The translations under genes were made by a program, and so were the position numbers. A stretch of DNA of 53,841 bases from a bacterium (GTDB taxonomy: Bacteria > Desulfobacterota > DSWW01), in contig JBFLZG010000100.1 in NCBI GenBank assembly GCA_040756235.1, forward strand, positions 1-53,841, written 5' to 3'. Shown here piece after piece: positions 1 through 9,218 of this stretch. Positions within the stretch are counted from its first letter, which is position 1; every line of letters starts with the position of its first letter. The notes below the pieces were generated by a model. The model was given only the letters and a program-made list of their open reading frames with translations, was not told the DNA's origin and did not search any database.

Positions 1-81
1 GGGAGAGGGTTAGGGTGAGGGGGAAATAGGCGCACATGCACCCCTCATCCTGACCTTCTCCCCTCGGCGAGGGGAGAAGGG
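1..81. repeat. CCCTC(A)CCC-type palindromic repeat doublet (first unit cut by window edge)
   Basis: 1-22 gggagagggttagggtgagggg; 41-80 cccctcatcctgaccttctcccctcggcgaggggagaagg is a hairpin and matches the reverse complement of 15427-15466 at 39/40. Confidence 0.85.
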
Positions 82-134
82 ATGAAAGAATCGACAATTT
101 CCATGCGTCTGCATGAATGCACGGAGAAGAGGCG

Positions 135-1304
135 ATGAAGCGGAACGTGGCCATCATCGGCGGAGGCCAGACGTATCACAGGGCGCGGCGCCACGATGTC
201 GATCAGGCGGAGATGGTGAACGAGGCGGTGCGTGCGGCGCTCGCGGATGCCCGGATGACGATGGACGAGATCGATACGGTCATCGTGGGGAACATGGAAT
301 TCTTCGAGGGCACCCACATGACCGACTGTTGGCTCGTCCATGGCACGGGGGCCTACGGCAAGGAGGGCCTCAAGATCACCACCGGCGGGACCGTGGGCGC
401 CACGGCCGTGTGCGCGGCGGCGCACCACGTGGCGAGCGGTCTCTTCGAAAAGGTGCTGTGCATCGGTTTCGAGAAGCAGGAGGAGGGAGATACGGGAGCG
501 ATCTTGAGCGGCGTGGCTCATCCCCTCTGGGGCCGCTCCCTGGCCGGTGCGGCGGTCGGCTACTTCGCAATGATGGGATCCTCCTACATGGCAGCCTGGG
601 GCGCCCGGGAGGAGCACTCGGCCATGGTGGCCGTCAAGGCGCGCCAGAACGCGAGGAAGAACGCGTACGCCCATCTCAAGCTGGACATCACGATCCAGGA
701 CGCCCTCAATTCGCGCATGCTCGCCTGGCCGATCCGCATGCTGGACATGTGCCCGGCCTCCAACGGCGCGTGCGCCATGGTCCTGGCCGGCGAAAAGACG
801 GCCAGGAGCCGGTGTTCCAAGCCGGTCTGGATCCGGGCCATGGAGACGGCCCACAACGAGCAGTTCGAGCTGGATTGGCGCGACGTGAAGACGGCCCGGC
901 CCATTTTTTCGAAGACCTGTGCGGAACGGCTCTACCGCAAGCTGGGCGTCTCGAAGCCGGCCGAGTACTTCGACGTCTTCGAGATCTACGAGCCAGCCAC
1001 CTGGGCCGAGCTCGTCTGGTACGAGGATCTGGGCCTGTGCGGGCCCGGAGAGGGCTTTCGGCTGATCGAGAAGGGGCTCACGGAGATCGGCGGCCCGATT
1101 CCCGTGAACCCGTCCGGAGGCGTCCTCTCGACCAACTGCATCGGCGCCTCTGCCATGCTGCGCGTGTGGGAAGCGGCCCTGCAGATCCGGGGGGACGCAG
1201 GGGAACATCAGGTGCCCCGGGGAGCCCGGCGCGCCCTGACCACTGCCTACGGCGGCACCAACTGGACCGTCATGACAGCCCTCTCGGCAGGGCTGGACGA
1301 TTGA
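135..1304 (+). CDS. Thiolase-fold protein, Ltp3-like (no catalytic Cys; probable retro-aldolase subunit)
   Basis: Thiolase signatures VAIIGGG, GFEK, DGA-like NGACA, PVNPSGG. ITTGGTVG replaces the CxSG motif, EIYEP replaces HDCF, NCIGAS replaces HPxGAT. Start moved to ATG 135 after ggagaagagg. Confidence 0.85.
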   Translation: MKRNVAIIGGGQTYHRARRHDVDQAEMVNEAVRAALADARMTMDEIDTVIVGNMEFFEGTHMTDCWLVHGTGAYGKEGLKITTGGTVGATAVCAAAHHVASGLFEKVLCIGFEKQEEGDTGAILSGVAHPLWGRSLAGAAVGYFAMMGSSYMAAWGAREEHSAMVAVKARQNARKNAYAHLKLDITIQDALNSRMLAWPIRMLDMCPASNGACAMVLAGEKTARSRCSKPVWIRAMETAHNEQFELDWRDVKTARPIFSKTCAERLYRKLGVSKPAEYFDVFEIYEPATWAELVWYEDLGLCGPGEGFRLIEKGLTEIGGPIPVNPSGGVLSTNCIGASAMLRVWEAALQIRGDAGEHQVPRGARRALTTAYGGTNWTVMTALSAGLDD

Positions 1305-1316
1305 GGAGGAAGACCC

Positions 1317-1826
1317 ATGGCTGATATGGAAGCGGAGCCTGTCTCCATCCCGATGACGGTCAGCGTGCCCTACCGCTTCGCCGCCGGCCGCTACCTTGCG
1401 AAGTGCCTGACCGAGCTGAGAGACCATGGGAAGCTCTACGCCGTCGAGTGCCCCAAGTGCGGGCGCGTACAGCTCCCTCCACGAGTCGTCTGCGCCCAGT
1501 GCCACGTGAGGAACGGCCGCTGGGTGGAGCTGGGCGATGAGGGGACCCTGGTCGGCTTCACCATCATGTACCTGCCCCTGACCGATCCCACGACGGGGAA
1601 GCCTCACCATCCTCCTTTCGTCTACGGCTCGGTGCGCCTCGACGGCGCCACATCCGTCGTGGACCACTTCGTGCGGGTAGAGCCGGAGATCGAGAAGGTC
1701 TGGGTCGGCATGCGCTGCCGCATGGTCCTCCGGCCCAAGGAGGCGCGGATCGGGGACTTGAGCGACATCCTGTGCTTCGACCCTCTCCCGGGGCAAAAGC
1801 GTCCGGAAGATGGGATGCGAGGCTGA
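1317..1826 (+). CDS. DUF35 Zn-ribbon/OB-fold protein (thiolase/aldolase partner)
   Basis: CPKC-x10-CAQC, GTLVGFT, VRLDGA, VGMR; RBS gaggag. Confidence 0.9.
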   Translation: MADMEAEPVSIPMTVSVPYRFAAGRYLAKCLTELRDHGKLYAVECPKCGRVQLPPRVVCAQCHVRNGRWVELGDEGTLVGFTIMYLPLTDPTTGKPHHPPFVYGSVRLDGATSVVDHFVRVEPEIEKVWVGMRCRMVLRPKEARIGDLSDILCFDPLPGQKRPEDGMRG

Positions 1827-1843
1827 ACCAAGGAGAGGAAGAC

Positions 1844-2299
1844 ATGGAAGAGAGGCAGACCTCCGAACCCTTCGAAGTGGACCAGCGCCTGACAGCGCAC
1901 GGCACTTACTGGGCCGGGAAGATGGGCAGCCGGTTCTATGCCGCCCTTCGAGACGAGCAGAAGATCCTGGGATCTCCGTGCCCGACCTGCCGCAAGGTGT
2001 TCTGGCCCCCGCGGTCCGTGTGCACCTTCTGCTTCTCCGAGCTGCAGGATGTCGTCGAAATCGGCCCTCTCGGCACCGTAGAGACGTTCACGCTCGTGAC
2101 CTATGCCGAGCCGGTACATCCGCGACCCGCGCCCTTCGTGTATGCCGTGATCCGGCTCGACGGGGCCTCTACCGGCATGGCCCACTTCCTGGACGAAGTC
2201 GATCCCGACACGATTCACATCGGCATGAGGGTCCGGCCGGTATTCGCGGAGCAAAGGCAGGGCAATATCCTCGACATCCTCTATTTCAAACCCCTATAG
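1844..2299 (+). CDS. DUF35 Zn-ribbon/OB-fold protein
   Basis: CPTC-x10-CTFC, GTVETFT, IRLDGA, IGMRVRPVF; start ATG 1844 after aggagagg. Confidence 0.9.
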   Translation: MEERQTSEPFEVDQRLTAHGTYWAGKMGSRFYAALRDEQKILGSPCPTCRKVFWPPRSVCTFCFSELQDVVEIGPLGTVETFTLVTYAEPVHPRPAPFVYAVIRLDGASTGMAHFLDEVDPDTIHIGMRVRPVFAEQRQGNILDILYFKPL

Positions 2300-2333
2300 G
2301 AGCCCATGGATAACCGGCTCGACGGTGACGCGC

Positions 2334-3356
2334 ATGGAAGAGAAAGAGAAACGCTGCTATCTGGCTTCCTTCGACGGTGAGAGACGGGCCGAGCGAAATC
2401 CCGTGAACTACCAGCGCCGGGACGACGCCAACCACATCTACCCCGGGGACGAGTATTACGAGTGGTGGTACAACGACTGCTCCTTCGACAACGGCTATCA
2501 CATGGTCCTCACGTACCACTACATGAACGGGTTCCTGAAACCCGTCATTCCCACCACCCAGCTTATGATCTATCACCCGGACGGAAAGCAGACGAGCCGG
2601 TTCGCCGCCTGGAAACCTTCCGACATCTATGCAGGAGCCGACTGGTGCGACGTGCGGATGGGGGACAGCTGGGTCCGGGACAAGGGCAACGGAGTGTACG
2701 AGCTCTCCATGATCATCGGGGGAGTGGGTGCGAGGCTCACCATGAGGAGTGTCGTACCCGGATGGAAAGTCGGCTCCGGGTTCAACTACAGGAACGAGGA
2801 AACGGGCCGGGTCGCCGGGTGGGTCGTACCTGTGCCGCACGCCCGGGTCGAGGGAGAGCTGTTCCTCAAGGGGGAGACCCTGCCGGTCACGGGCACGGGC
2901 TACCACGACCACAACTGGGGGAATGAGCGCTTCTACCGCTTCTTCTCTTCCTGGTACTGGGGCCGGATCCACAACAACCGCTATACGGTGGACTATGCCT
3001 GGGTCTTCCCTCGGAACCCGGAAGCTCCGATCTTCTCGCCCCTCCTGATTGCCCGGGGAGGGGAGATCGTGCTTTCGACGAACATCATGGACACACGGCT
3101 AAGCGATATCGTCGGAGATCCGGTCATTCCCAAAGAGTACGCGAGGGAGCTGGTCGTGACGACCGATAATCTCGGAGTGAAGATGAGCCTCGCGATCCAC
3201 GCCAAGCGCGTGGTGGACAAGATGCAGCTCCCGAAGTCCACCGACTGGGCTCAATATTATTTTCGTTTCCTGGCGGATTACCGGATGGACATCGAGATCG
3301 ACGGAGAGAAGGACGCCGTCACGGGTGAGATGTTCCAGGAATACATGGCGCTGTAA
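2334..3356 (+). CDS. CrtC/AttH/tocopherol-cyclase-like lipocalin-fold protein (hydratase/cyclase-like)
   Basis: YYEWWYND, GYHDHNWG and WYWGR motifs; start uncertain (GTG 2325 or ATG 2334). Confidence 0.7.
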   Translation: MEEKEKRCYLASFDGERRAERNPVNYQRRDDANHIYPGDEYYEWWYNDCSFDNGYHMVLTYHYMNGFLKPVIPTTQLMIYHPDGKQTSRFAAWKPSDIYAGADWCDVRMGDSWVRDKGNGVYELSMIIGGVGARLTMRSVVPGWKVGSGFNYRNEETGRVAGWVVPVPHARVEGELFLKGETLPVTGTGYHDHNWGNERFYRFFSSWYWGRIHNNRYTVDYAWVFPRNPEAPIFSPLLIARGGEIVLSTNIMDTRLSDIVGDPVIPKEYARELVVTTDNLGVKMSLAIHAKRVVDKMQLPKSTDWAQYYFRFLADYRMDIEIDGEKDAVTGEMFQEYMAL

Positions 3357-3419
3357 GCCCGGATAGACACCCTTTGCCGCGCGGCACCGGAAACAAACAA
3401 AAGGAAAGGGCCGAGAACC

Positions 3420-4946
3420 ATGTGCCGAGAAGAGCTTTACGACGCCATCGTCATCGGCGCGGGCGTGGGCGGCCTCACGGTGGGCGCCCTCCTTTGCCGG
3501 GAGGGGAAGAAGGTGCTGATCCTGGAGCAGCTCGACCGGCCCGGGGGCCGCGCCCTGTCCCTTCGCGGGGAGGAGATCGGCGACAACGGGCTGGAATGGT
3601 ACAAGAAGCTCCTGGCTTCTCAGTATACTTACATCGCCGGTTCCGAGCCGGCCATGGAGGAGATCCTGCGGCGCCGGCTCCTCGACGGCTACACCCTGGA
3701 CATCGGTTACCACGCTCTGAGCGCCAACGGCGCCGGATATATGCTCGATTTCGAAGACCGCATCGGCGGGCTCCCGGAGGTGGAGAAGCACGGGGCTGCC
3801 TTCGGCAACTACTACAAGGGACGGATCTATCGGGACGTCGCAGGCTCCTCCATCGACCCGGAGCTCAAGAGGATCGCAAAGGAGCAGAAGATCCCTTACC
3901 TGTCCTATTATGCGGATGCCTACGGGCTCCCGGACGAAGAGATCGATCGGCTCGAGAAGGTTTCCTTCAAGGAATGGGCGGACCAGAAAGGAATCTCGAA
4001 GAGCGACGTCATTTTCGATCATCTCCACGCGGTGAGCACCCTTTCGTCCACGATCAACGACCCCAGCGACATCTCGATCGGCGATATCTTCCGCTATTTC
4101 AAGTACGCCTTCGGACCGAAGCTGAATCGGGGCGTCCTGGGCTGGGCCGGAGGCTTTGTCGGGCACGGAACCATGGAATGGTCCAAGGCCGTGTCGCAGA
4201 GGATCCGGAGCTCGGGTGGGCAGATCCGCTTCCAGGTGCGAGCCCAAGAGGTTCTCGTTGCGGACGGCAGGGTGACGGGAGTCCGAGCGGAAACGCTCGA
4301 GGGAGAACGGACGTTCCACGCTGCGACGGTGGTGAGCAACATCCCGGCCCAGCAGACCTTCCGGATCATCGACCGGAAGTATTTCCCGCCGTCATGGGTA
4401 GAGCGGATCGAGCATCTGTACGGCTATGGGAGTTATGCCCCCTACATGGGCCTGAGCCGGCTCGTGATGCCCGAGGAACAAGCGAAGATGGGCATCAAGA
4501 ATACCTGTGTCTTGCCCAAGGAGGAAGGCTTCGACGCGGACGTCTACATCTGCTGGAACATTCAGTCCGCCCTCGATCCCTCCGTCGCCCCCAAGGGGAA
4601 ATATCTGTACACGGCCTACCTGCCGGTCACGGAGAAGGAAGCGCTCGACCGGGATCTCATCGGCAAGCTCATGCGCCGGCTTCCCGATTTCATGGAAGAG
4701 ATCTATCCCGGATTCAAGGCGAGCGTCGAGTGGAAGATCGACCCGGTCTGCTGGAAGCTGGAGGGGGTGGCCAAGAGCATCTCCCAGGCAGGGACGCAAA
4801 AGATCCCGGTCCGGTCGGAGCACGTCGCGGGGCTCTTTTTCGCAGGCGACACGGCCAAGGGGTACGGCGTGGCGATGGACTGCGCCATCGCTTCCGGGAT
4901 GATCTGTGCGGGCGAGATCTTGGGTAAGGACTTCGGCATCAGGTAG
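3420..4946 (+). CDS. FAD-dependent oxidoreductase, phytoene desaturase (CrtI/COG1233)-like
   Basis: YDAIVIGAGVGG Rossmann motif, LEQ..RPGGRA, GYTLDIGYH, C-terminal GLFFAGD..GVAMDCAIASG. Confidence 0.8.
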   Translation: MCREELYDAIVIGAGVGGLTVGALLCREGKKVLILEQLDRPGGRALSLRGEEIGDNGLEWYKKLLASQYTYIAGSEPAMEEILRRRLLDGYTLDIGYHALSANGAGYMLDFEDRIGGLPEVEKHGAAFGNYYKGRIYRDVAGSSIDPELKRIAKEQKIPYLSYYADAYGLPDEEIDRLEKVSFKEWADQKGISKSDVIFDHLHAVSTLSSTINDPSDISIGDIFRYFKYAFGPKLNRGVLGWAGGFVGHGTMEWSKAVSQRIRSSGGQIRFQVRAQEVLVADGRVTGVRAETLEGERTFHAATVVSNIPAQQTFRIIDRKYFPPSWVERIEHLYGYGSYAPYMGLSRLVMPEEQAKMGIKNTCVLPKEEGFDADVYICWNIQSALDPSVAPKGKYLYTAYLPVTEKEALDRDLIGKLMRRLPDFMEEIYPGFKASVEWKIDPVCWKLEGVAKSISQAGTQKIPVRSEHVAGLFFAGDTAKGYGVAMDCAIASGMICAGEILGKDFGIR

Positions 4947-5002
4947 CACGCCACGGCTCTCAGGTTGAAGAGAGACCTGGCACCAAGAGGTGAGGCACCC
5001 CC

Positions 5003-5863
5003 ATGGGAAGAAAAGTCATTGTCACGTGCGCCCTGGTCGGATCGGCGACACGAAAGAAACAGAACCCCAGCGTGCCTTATAGCCCGAAGGAACTGGCCGA
5101 AGCGGCGGCACTGGCGTACCAGGCGGGCGCTGCCATGGTCCACGTCCACGCTGTTGAGGATGACGGCACGAATTCGATCCGGATCGAGCGAATCAAGGAA
5201 AGTCACGATGCCGTCAAGGACAGGACTCCCGCGTTGATCGTCAACATGACTTCGGCGCTCGGCCCGGGCGCGACCCCCGCTTTGAGGCTCGCGCAGATTG
5301 AGGCCGTCCGGCCGGAGATGGCTTCCCTCAACATGGCCACCATGAATTTCGCCGCCGTGGACCGCAAGACGAACGAAGTGCTCATGGACTACACATTTGA
5401 GAATTCTCTCGTCATGATCGCCCAGTTCGCGGCACGCATGAAAGAAATCGGCACGAAACCGGAGCTGGAGGTCTACTCCACAGCGGGCATTGACAACTAT
5501 TATGCCATTGAGGGCAGAGGATCTTTCACCGATCCGGTCAACTTCAATTTCGTCTGGGGGGTCTGCGGCGGCACGACGTTCCGCCCGGAGACCTTCGTCG
5601 CCATGAGGCAGTCCCTGCCGCCAGGAGCCAACTTCTCCACCTGCGGCGTGGGGAGTGATGAGTGGCCGGCCGTCACCCAGTCGGTGCTGTGCGGCGGGCA
5701 CGTGCGGGTGGGGCTCGAGGACAACATCCGGATGCCGGGCGGGGAGCTGGCGAAAGGGAACTACGAGCTCGTGGAAAACGCGGTGCGCATCGTCCGGGCC
5801 CTGGGCCACGAACCGGCGACCCCGGACGAGGCCAGGGCGATCATGGGTACGAGCCGACGCTGA
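5003..5863 (+). CDS. Beta-keto acid cleavage enzyme (BKACE / DUF849, Kce family)
   Basis: VIVTCALVG, NPSVPYSP, AGAAMVHVH, PEMASLN, GGHVRVGLEDN, PATPDEAR. Confidence 0.92.
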   Translation: MGRKVIVTCALVGSATRKKQNPSVPYSPKELAEAAALAYQAGAAMVHVHAVEDDGTNSIRIERIKESHDAVKDRTPALIVNMTSALGPGATPALRLAQIEAVRPEMASLNMATMNFAAVDRKTNEVLMDYTFENSLVMIAQFAARMKEIGTKPELEVYSTAGIDNYYAIEGRGSFTDPVNFNFVWGVCGGTTFRPETFVAMRQSLPPGANFSTCGVGSDEWPAVTQSVLCGGHVRVGLEDNIRMPGGELAKGNYELVENAVRIVRALGHEPATPDEARAIMGTSRR

Positions 5864-5884
5864 ATCGAGCGGAGGAGGTGGAGC

Positions 5885-7102
5885 ATGGGCCTGAGCTGCC
5901 GCGATGTCCCGCTTGCCAACATGGACTTTCAGTACTGGAACCCGACGCGGATCCTGTTCGGCAACGGAAAGGTCCGGGATCTGGCAGCCGATCTGGATCT
6001 GGACTGGGGCTTCGACGACAAGCACAGAACCCTTGTCGTGACGGACCCCGGGGTGAAGGCCGCCGGGCTGCTGGACTATCTTCTGGACTCCCTCAGGCAA
6101 AGCTCCCGCCAGGTGGTCTGCGTCTTCGATCAGGTATTGCCCGAGGCCGAGCGAGACCAGGTCTACGAGATCGCCAGGACCGCCGAGGAATGCCAGCCGG
6201 ACTTCTGGATCGCCCTGGGGGGCGGGTCGGTCATGGATGCCTGCAAGGCCGCAGCGGTCCTGGAGAGCAATGGCGGCGACTTGGAGGACTACGAAGGTCT
6301 CCACCTCGTGGAGCAGGGAACCAAGCCCATCATCTGCATCCCGACGACTGCAGGCACCGGATCCGAGGTCACCGCGGGCGCCGTGGTCATGGACCGGACC
6401 AGGAGAAGGAAAGTGATCATCGGGGACTACAAGTTCGCCCCGAAGCTCGCTGTCCTGGATCCGGAGCTGACGAAGACGCTCCCGCCGCATCTCGTGGTTG
6501 CGACGGCCTTGGACGCCCTCACCCACTCGATCGGGGCCCTGGCCTCCAAGGACCGCCAGGACTTCTCGAGCGCCTTGGCGCTGAGGGCGGTCGAGATGAT
6601 CGCGGACAACCTGGAAGAGGCCTTTCACGACAATGCTTCCAACCTGCAGGTTCGGGCGAAGATGCTGATTGCAGCCACCATGGCGGGCATCGCGTTTCAG
6701 TCTGCAGTGCCCGGCGCCGATCATGCGATCGGCCACGCCGCCGGGGCCCTTTACCACCTGCATCACGGGCTGGCAGTGGCCATCGCAAACCTTTACGTCA
6801 TGGAGTACAACCTGAGCACGGTTCCGCACGTCTACGCCGATGTCGCGCGCGCCCTGGGCGTTGCCGATCAGGACCTTTCGGAAGAGTCTCTCGGGAGGAA
6901 GGGTATCCAGCGGCTCCGTGAGCTCTATGAGAAGGTCGGAGTCAAGCTGAGCTACAAAGAGTACGGATTCCCTACGGATGATCTCACTCTGGATCTCCTG
7001 GTGGAGCAGAGTCTCGAGGATGCCTGCATGGTCTTCAACCCGGCAGGGGCGAGCCGGACGCCCGAGTATGAACTGCTGGTGCGAAGATGCGTAGGGGTCT
7101 GA
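5885..7102 (+). CDS. Iron-containing (group III) alcohol dehydrogenase
   Basis: PTRILFG, ALGGGSVMD, IPTTAGTGSEVT, DALTHS, HAIGH..GALYHLHHG. Confidence 0.92.
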   Translation: MGLSCRDVPLANMDFQYWNPTRILFGNGKVRDLAADLDLDWGFDDKHRTLVVTDPGVKAAGLLDYLLDSLRQSSRQVVCVFDQVLPEAERDQVYEIARTAEECQPDFWIALGGGSVMDACKAAAVLESNGGDLEDYEGLHLVEQGTKPIICIPTTAGTGSEVTAGAVVMDRTRRRKVIIGDYKFAPKLAVLDPELTKTLPPHLVVATALDALTHSIGALASKDRQDFSSALALRAVEMIADNLEEAFHDNASNLQVRAKMLIAATMAGIAFQSAVPGADHAIGHAAGALYHLHHGLAVAIANLYVMEYNLSTVPHVYADVARALGVADQDLSEESLGRKGIQRLRELYEKVGVKLSYKEYGFPTDDLTLDLLVEQSLEDACMVFNPAGASRTPEYELLVRRCVGV

Positions 7103-7127
7103 GCGGGGCAGTGAAGCGGAGGAAAGC

Positions 7128-7592
7128 ATGGTCACCTATTATAGTAAAGCCTGGGTCGAGGCTTGCCGGGACCGTCTGAACACTTCCGAGGAGCACCTTC
7201 GCAAGGGCAAGAGATTGAGCGGACAGTTCGCCTTTCGGATCTGGGACGGGCCCGACGGGAAAGACAGAATGTCCGTCTGGAAGTTCGAGAACGGCAGATG
7301 CACCGAGGCACGGTTCGACGCCAGGCCTGCGCCCTGGAAGGAGTTGCGCGAAGCACCCTATGACGGCAGCTGGGTCGGCCGCTTTTCCTGTCCTTTTGAC
7401 ATGATCGCGAAGCTCAATCGGGGAGAGATGAGTCCGCTTCGAGCCCTCTCTTCCCCCAAGTATCTCGTGGAAGGAAAGAAGACGCTCCTGTTCAAGATGA
7501 TGCAGGGCATCAACTCCTGGAACGAGCACAATGCTCGGGTCGAGTGCAGGTATGATTTCTCCACGACCGACGAGGCCGGCAACGCGCTTTGA
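7128..7592 (+). CDS. SCP2 (sterol carrier)-like small protein
   Basis: YYSKAWVEACRDRLN N-terminus and GEMSPLRAL...VEG pattern typical of SCP2-like domains; good RBS. Confidence 0.55.
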   Translation: MVTYYSKAWVEACRDRLNTSEEHLRKGKRLSGQFAFRIWDGPDGKDRMSVWKFENGRCTEARFDARPAPWKELREAPYDGSWVGRFSCPFDMIAKLNRGEMSPLRALSSPKYLVEGKKTLLFKMMQGINSWNEHNARVECRYDFSTTDEAGNAL

Positions 7593-7708
7593 GTCTCGCC
7601 GCATCACCGCAGCCGAAAGAGCCCGCGGCCGCAGGAGAATTCGACAGATGAATGAGCGCCGAGAACGTCTGTCCGGACCCGCGATCCCGTCCTCGGCTGC
7701 GCGGTGGG

Positions 7709-7758
7709 TTGACAGGAGAAAAGGGTCTGTGATAGCTATGGACCCTCTAATAGAGGGT
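7709..7758 (+). promoter_or_regulatory. Putative promoter (-35 TTGACA) with palindromic operator upstream of PadR gene
   Basis: TTGACA 7709-7714, weak -10 region ~7730-7738, perfect inverted repeat ACCCTCTA-A-TAGAGGGT 7742-7758. Confidence 0.55.
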
Positions 7759-7867
7759 ACTCTAAGAAATGGGTTTCAGGCCAGCGCCTCTCTCCTTCCC
7801 GGACATCTCCCTGGGAGCGCGGAAGACGGGAAAGAGGCGGGGGCAGCAGCCGGTATGAGGTGCAGGC

Positions 7868-8611
7868 ATGGCCCTGCGGGAAGCGATCCTGGGTCTACTC
7901 TGCGACGCGCCCATGACCGGGTACGAGATCAAGCAGTTTTTCCGCAACGTGATCAAGAACTTCTGGAGCGTGAGCGACGGCCAGCTTTACCCCACCCTGA
8001 AGAAGATGCACGCCGAGGACCTGATCACCCTGAAGGTGGTCCGGCAGGACAGCACGGCCAACAAGCACGTCTATTCGATCAGTGACAAGGGACGCGCGCA
8101 GTTCGAGAAGTGGCTGCGCGCGCCGGTCACGAAGTTCGAGGAGCTCAAGGAGCCGTTCGTCCTCAAGGTCTTCTTCTTCCACAAGCTCGGGCACGAAGAG
8201 ATCCTCTGGCACCTGCGCTCTCAGGTGGACCTGCATTCCCGCATCCTGGACGAGTTCCGGAGCATCCGGGACGCCTACGATGCCCGCATCACTCCCTATC
8301 AGAGGCTCATCGGCGACATGGGCCTCCTCTATGTGGAAGTGCGGATGCTCTGGCTCAACCGGATGATCGAGCTCCTGCGCAAGGGGCTCATCGAGCAGAA
8401 GGGCGCGCTCTACACGGAGGAGATGGTGGAGATCGGCAAGAGGTTCCTGGAGGAGATCTTCGCCGAGAGCCCCAGCCGGGAGTTCCGCAATTGGCTGGAG
8501 AAGGTGCGCTCGACGCTGCCGCCGCCGGTTGCGGACCGGAAGGGCCCGGCGCGCAAGCGGGACCGGGCCGCGGCCGAGAGGCTTTCCCGAGGCCGGTTGG
8601 GCGTTTCCTGA
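7868..8611 (+). CDS. PadR-family transcriptional regulator (AphA-like C-terminal helical domain)
   Basis: LREAILGLL..PMTGYEIK..FWSVSDGQLYPTL..KHVYSISDKGR. Confidence 0.92.
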   Translation: MALREAILGLLCDAPMTGYEIKQFFRNVIKNFWSVSDGQLYPTLKKMHAEDLITLKVVRQDSTANKHVYSISDKGRAQFEKWLRAPVTKFEELKEPFVLKVFFFHKLGHEEILWHLRSQVDLHSRILDEFRSIRDAYDARITPYQRLIGDMGLLYVEVRMLWLNRMIELLRKGLIEQKGALYTEEMVEIGKRFLEEIFAESPSREFRNWLEKVRSTLPPPVADRKGPARKRDRAAAERLSRGRLGVS

Positions 8612-8702
8612 TGGCCGGGCCGGAGAAGGGCGGACGGATTCCCTGACGCCTCATACCTGAAACCCGGAACCTGAATTCGAGGTCCGAGCGGAAAGGGTAA
8701 GG

Positions 8703-9164
8703 ATGGATCCGCAGCCGAGAAAGGGTGTGCTCGTCGATTCGAAGTTCTTTGCCCGCAGACCCGACGGTACCGTCGAGGTGGTGGGCAGCCGCTGCAGGAA
8801 ATGCGGGCGCGTCTACTTCCCCAAAAAAAGGGTCTGCGTGGACTGCCTCGAGTGGGGCGGGGTGGAGGAAGCGGCCCTGAGCAAGCGCGGCAAGCTCGTC
8901 AGCTTCTCCGTCTCCAGGGACCCGATGCGCGGCTTTCCCATTCCCTACGCCTTCGGATACGTCCTGCTCCCGGAAGGCATCATGCTCTATTCCCTCTTCA
9001 CCGACTGCGAGCCTTACGAAGAGAAGCTCAAAATCGGAATGGAGATGGAAATGGTCATCGACTACCTCATGACGGACCGCTGGGACAACGACATCGTCTG
9101 CTACAAGTTCCGCCCCGTTCGGGCACCCGGCTCCCCGGCCGCCCGAGAGACGGCGGGCGGATGA
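8703..9164 (+). CDS. DUF35 Zn-ribbon/OB-fold protein
   Basis: GSRCRKCG..YFP...CVDC, GKLVSFS, PYAFGYV, LKIGMEM, YKFRP. Confidence 0.9.
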   Translation: MDPQPRKGVLVDSKFFARRPDGTVEVVGSRCRKCGRVYFPKKRVCVDCLEWGGVEEAALSKRGKLVSFSVSRDPMRGFPIPYAFGYVLLPEGIMLYSLFTDCEPYEEKLKIGMEMEMVIDYLMTDRWDNDIVCYKFRPVRAPGSPAARETAGG

Positions 9165-9218
9165 CTCCAGGCCCCGCCTGAGGGGCAGGGGCCTGGAGAT
9201 CGGCAAGGAGAGCGGCTC

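Noticed and set aside
2298..2380. AGGAG + ATG 2306 opening a 24-aa ORF out of frame with the CrtC-like gene (possible frameshift or leader peptide)
   Set aside because: RBS spacing is only 3 nt and the downstream gene has its own in-frame starts; no supporting signal.
2334..4946. Carotenoid biosynthesis operon
   Set aside because: No crtB, crtE or crtY nearby; the context is acyl-CoA catabolic, so only family-level similarity is claimed.
2300..7600. Apparently lower GC than flanking genes, suggesting a horizontally acquired island
   Set aside because: A visual impression only, not computed; no integrase, tRNA or att sites.
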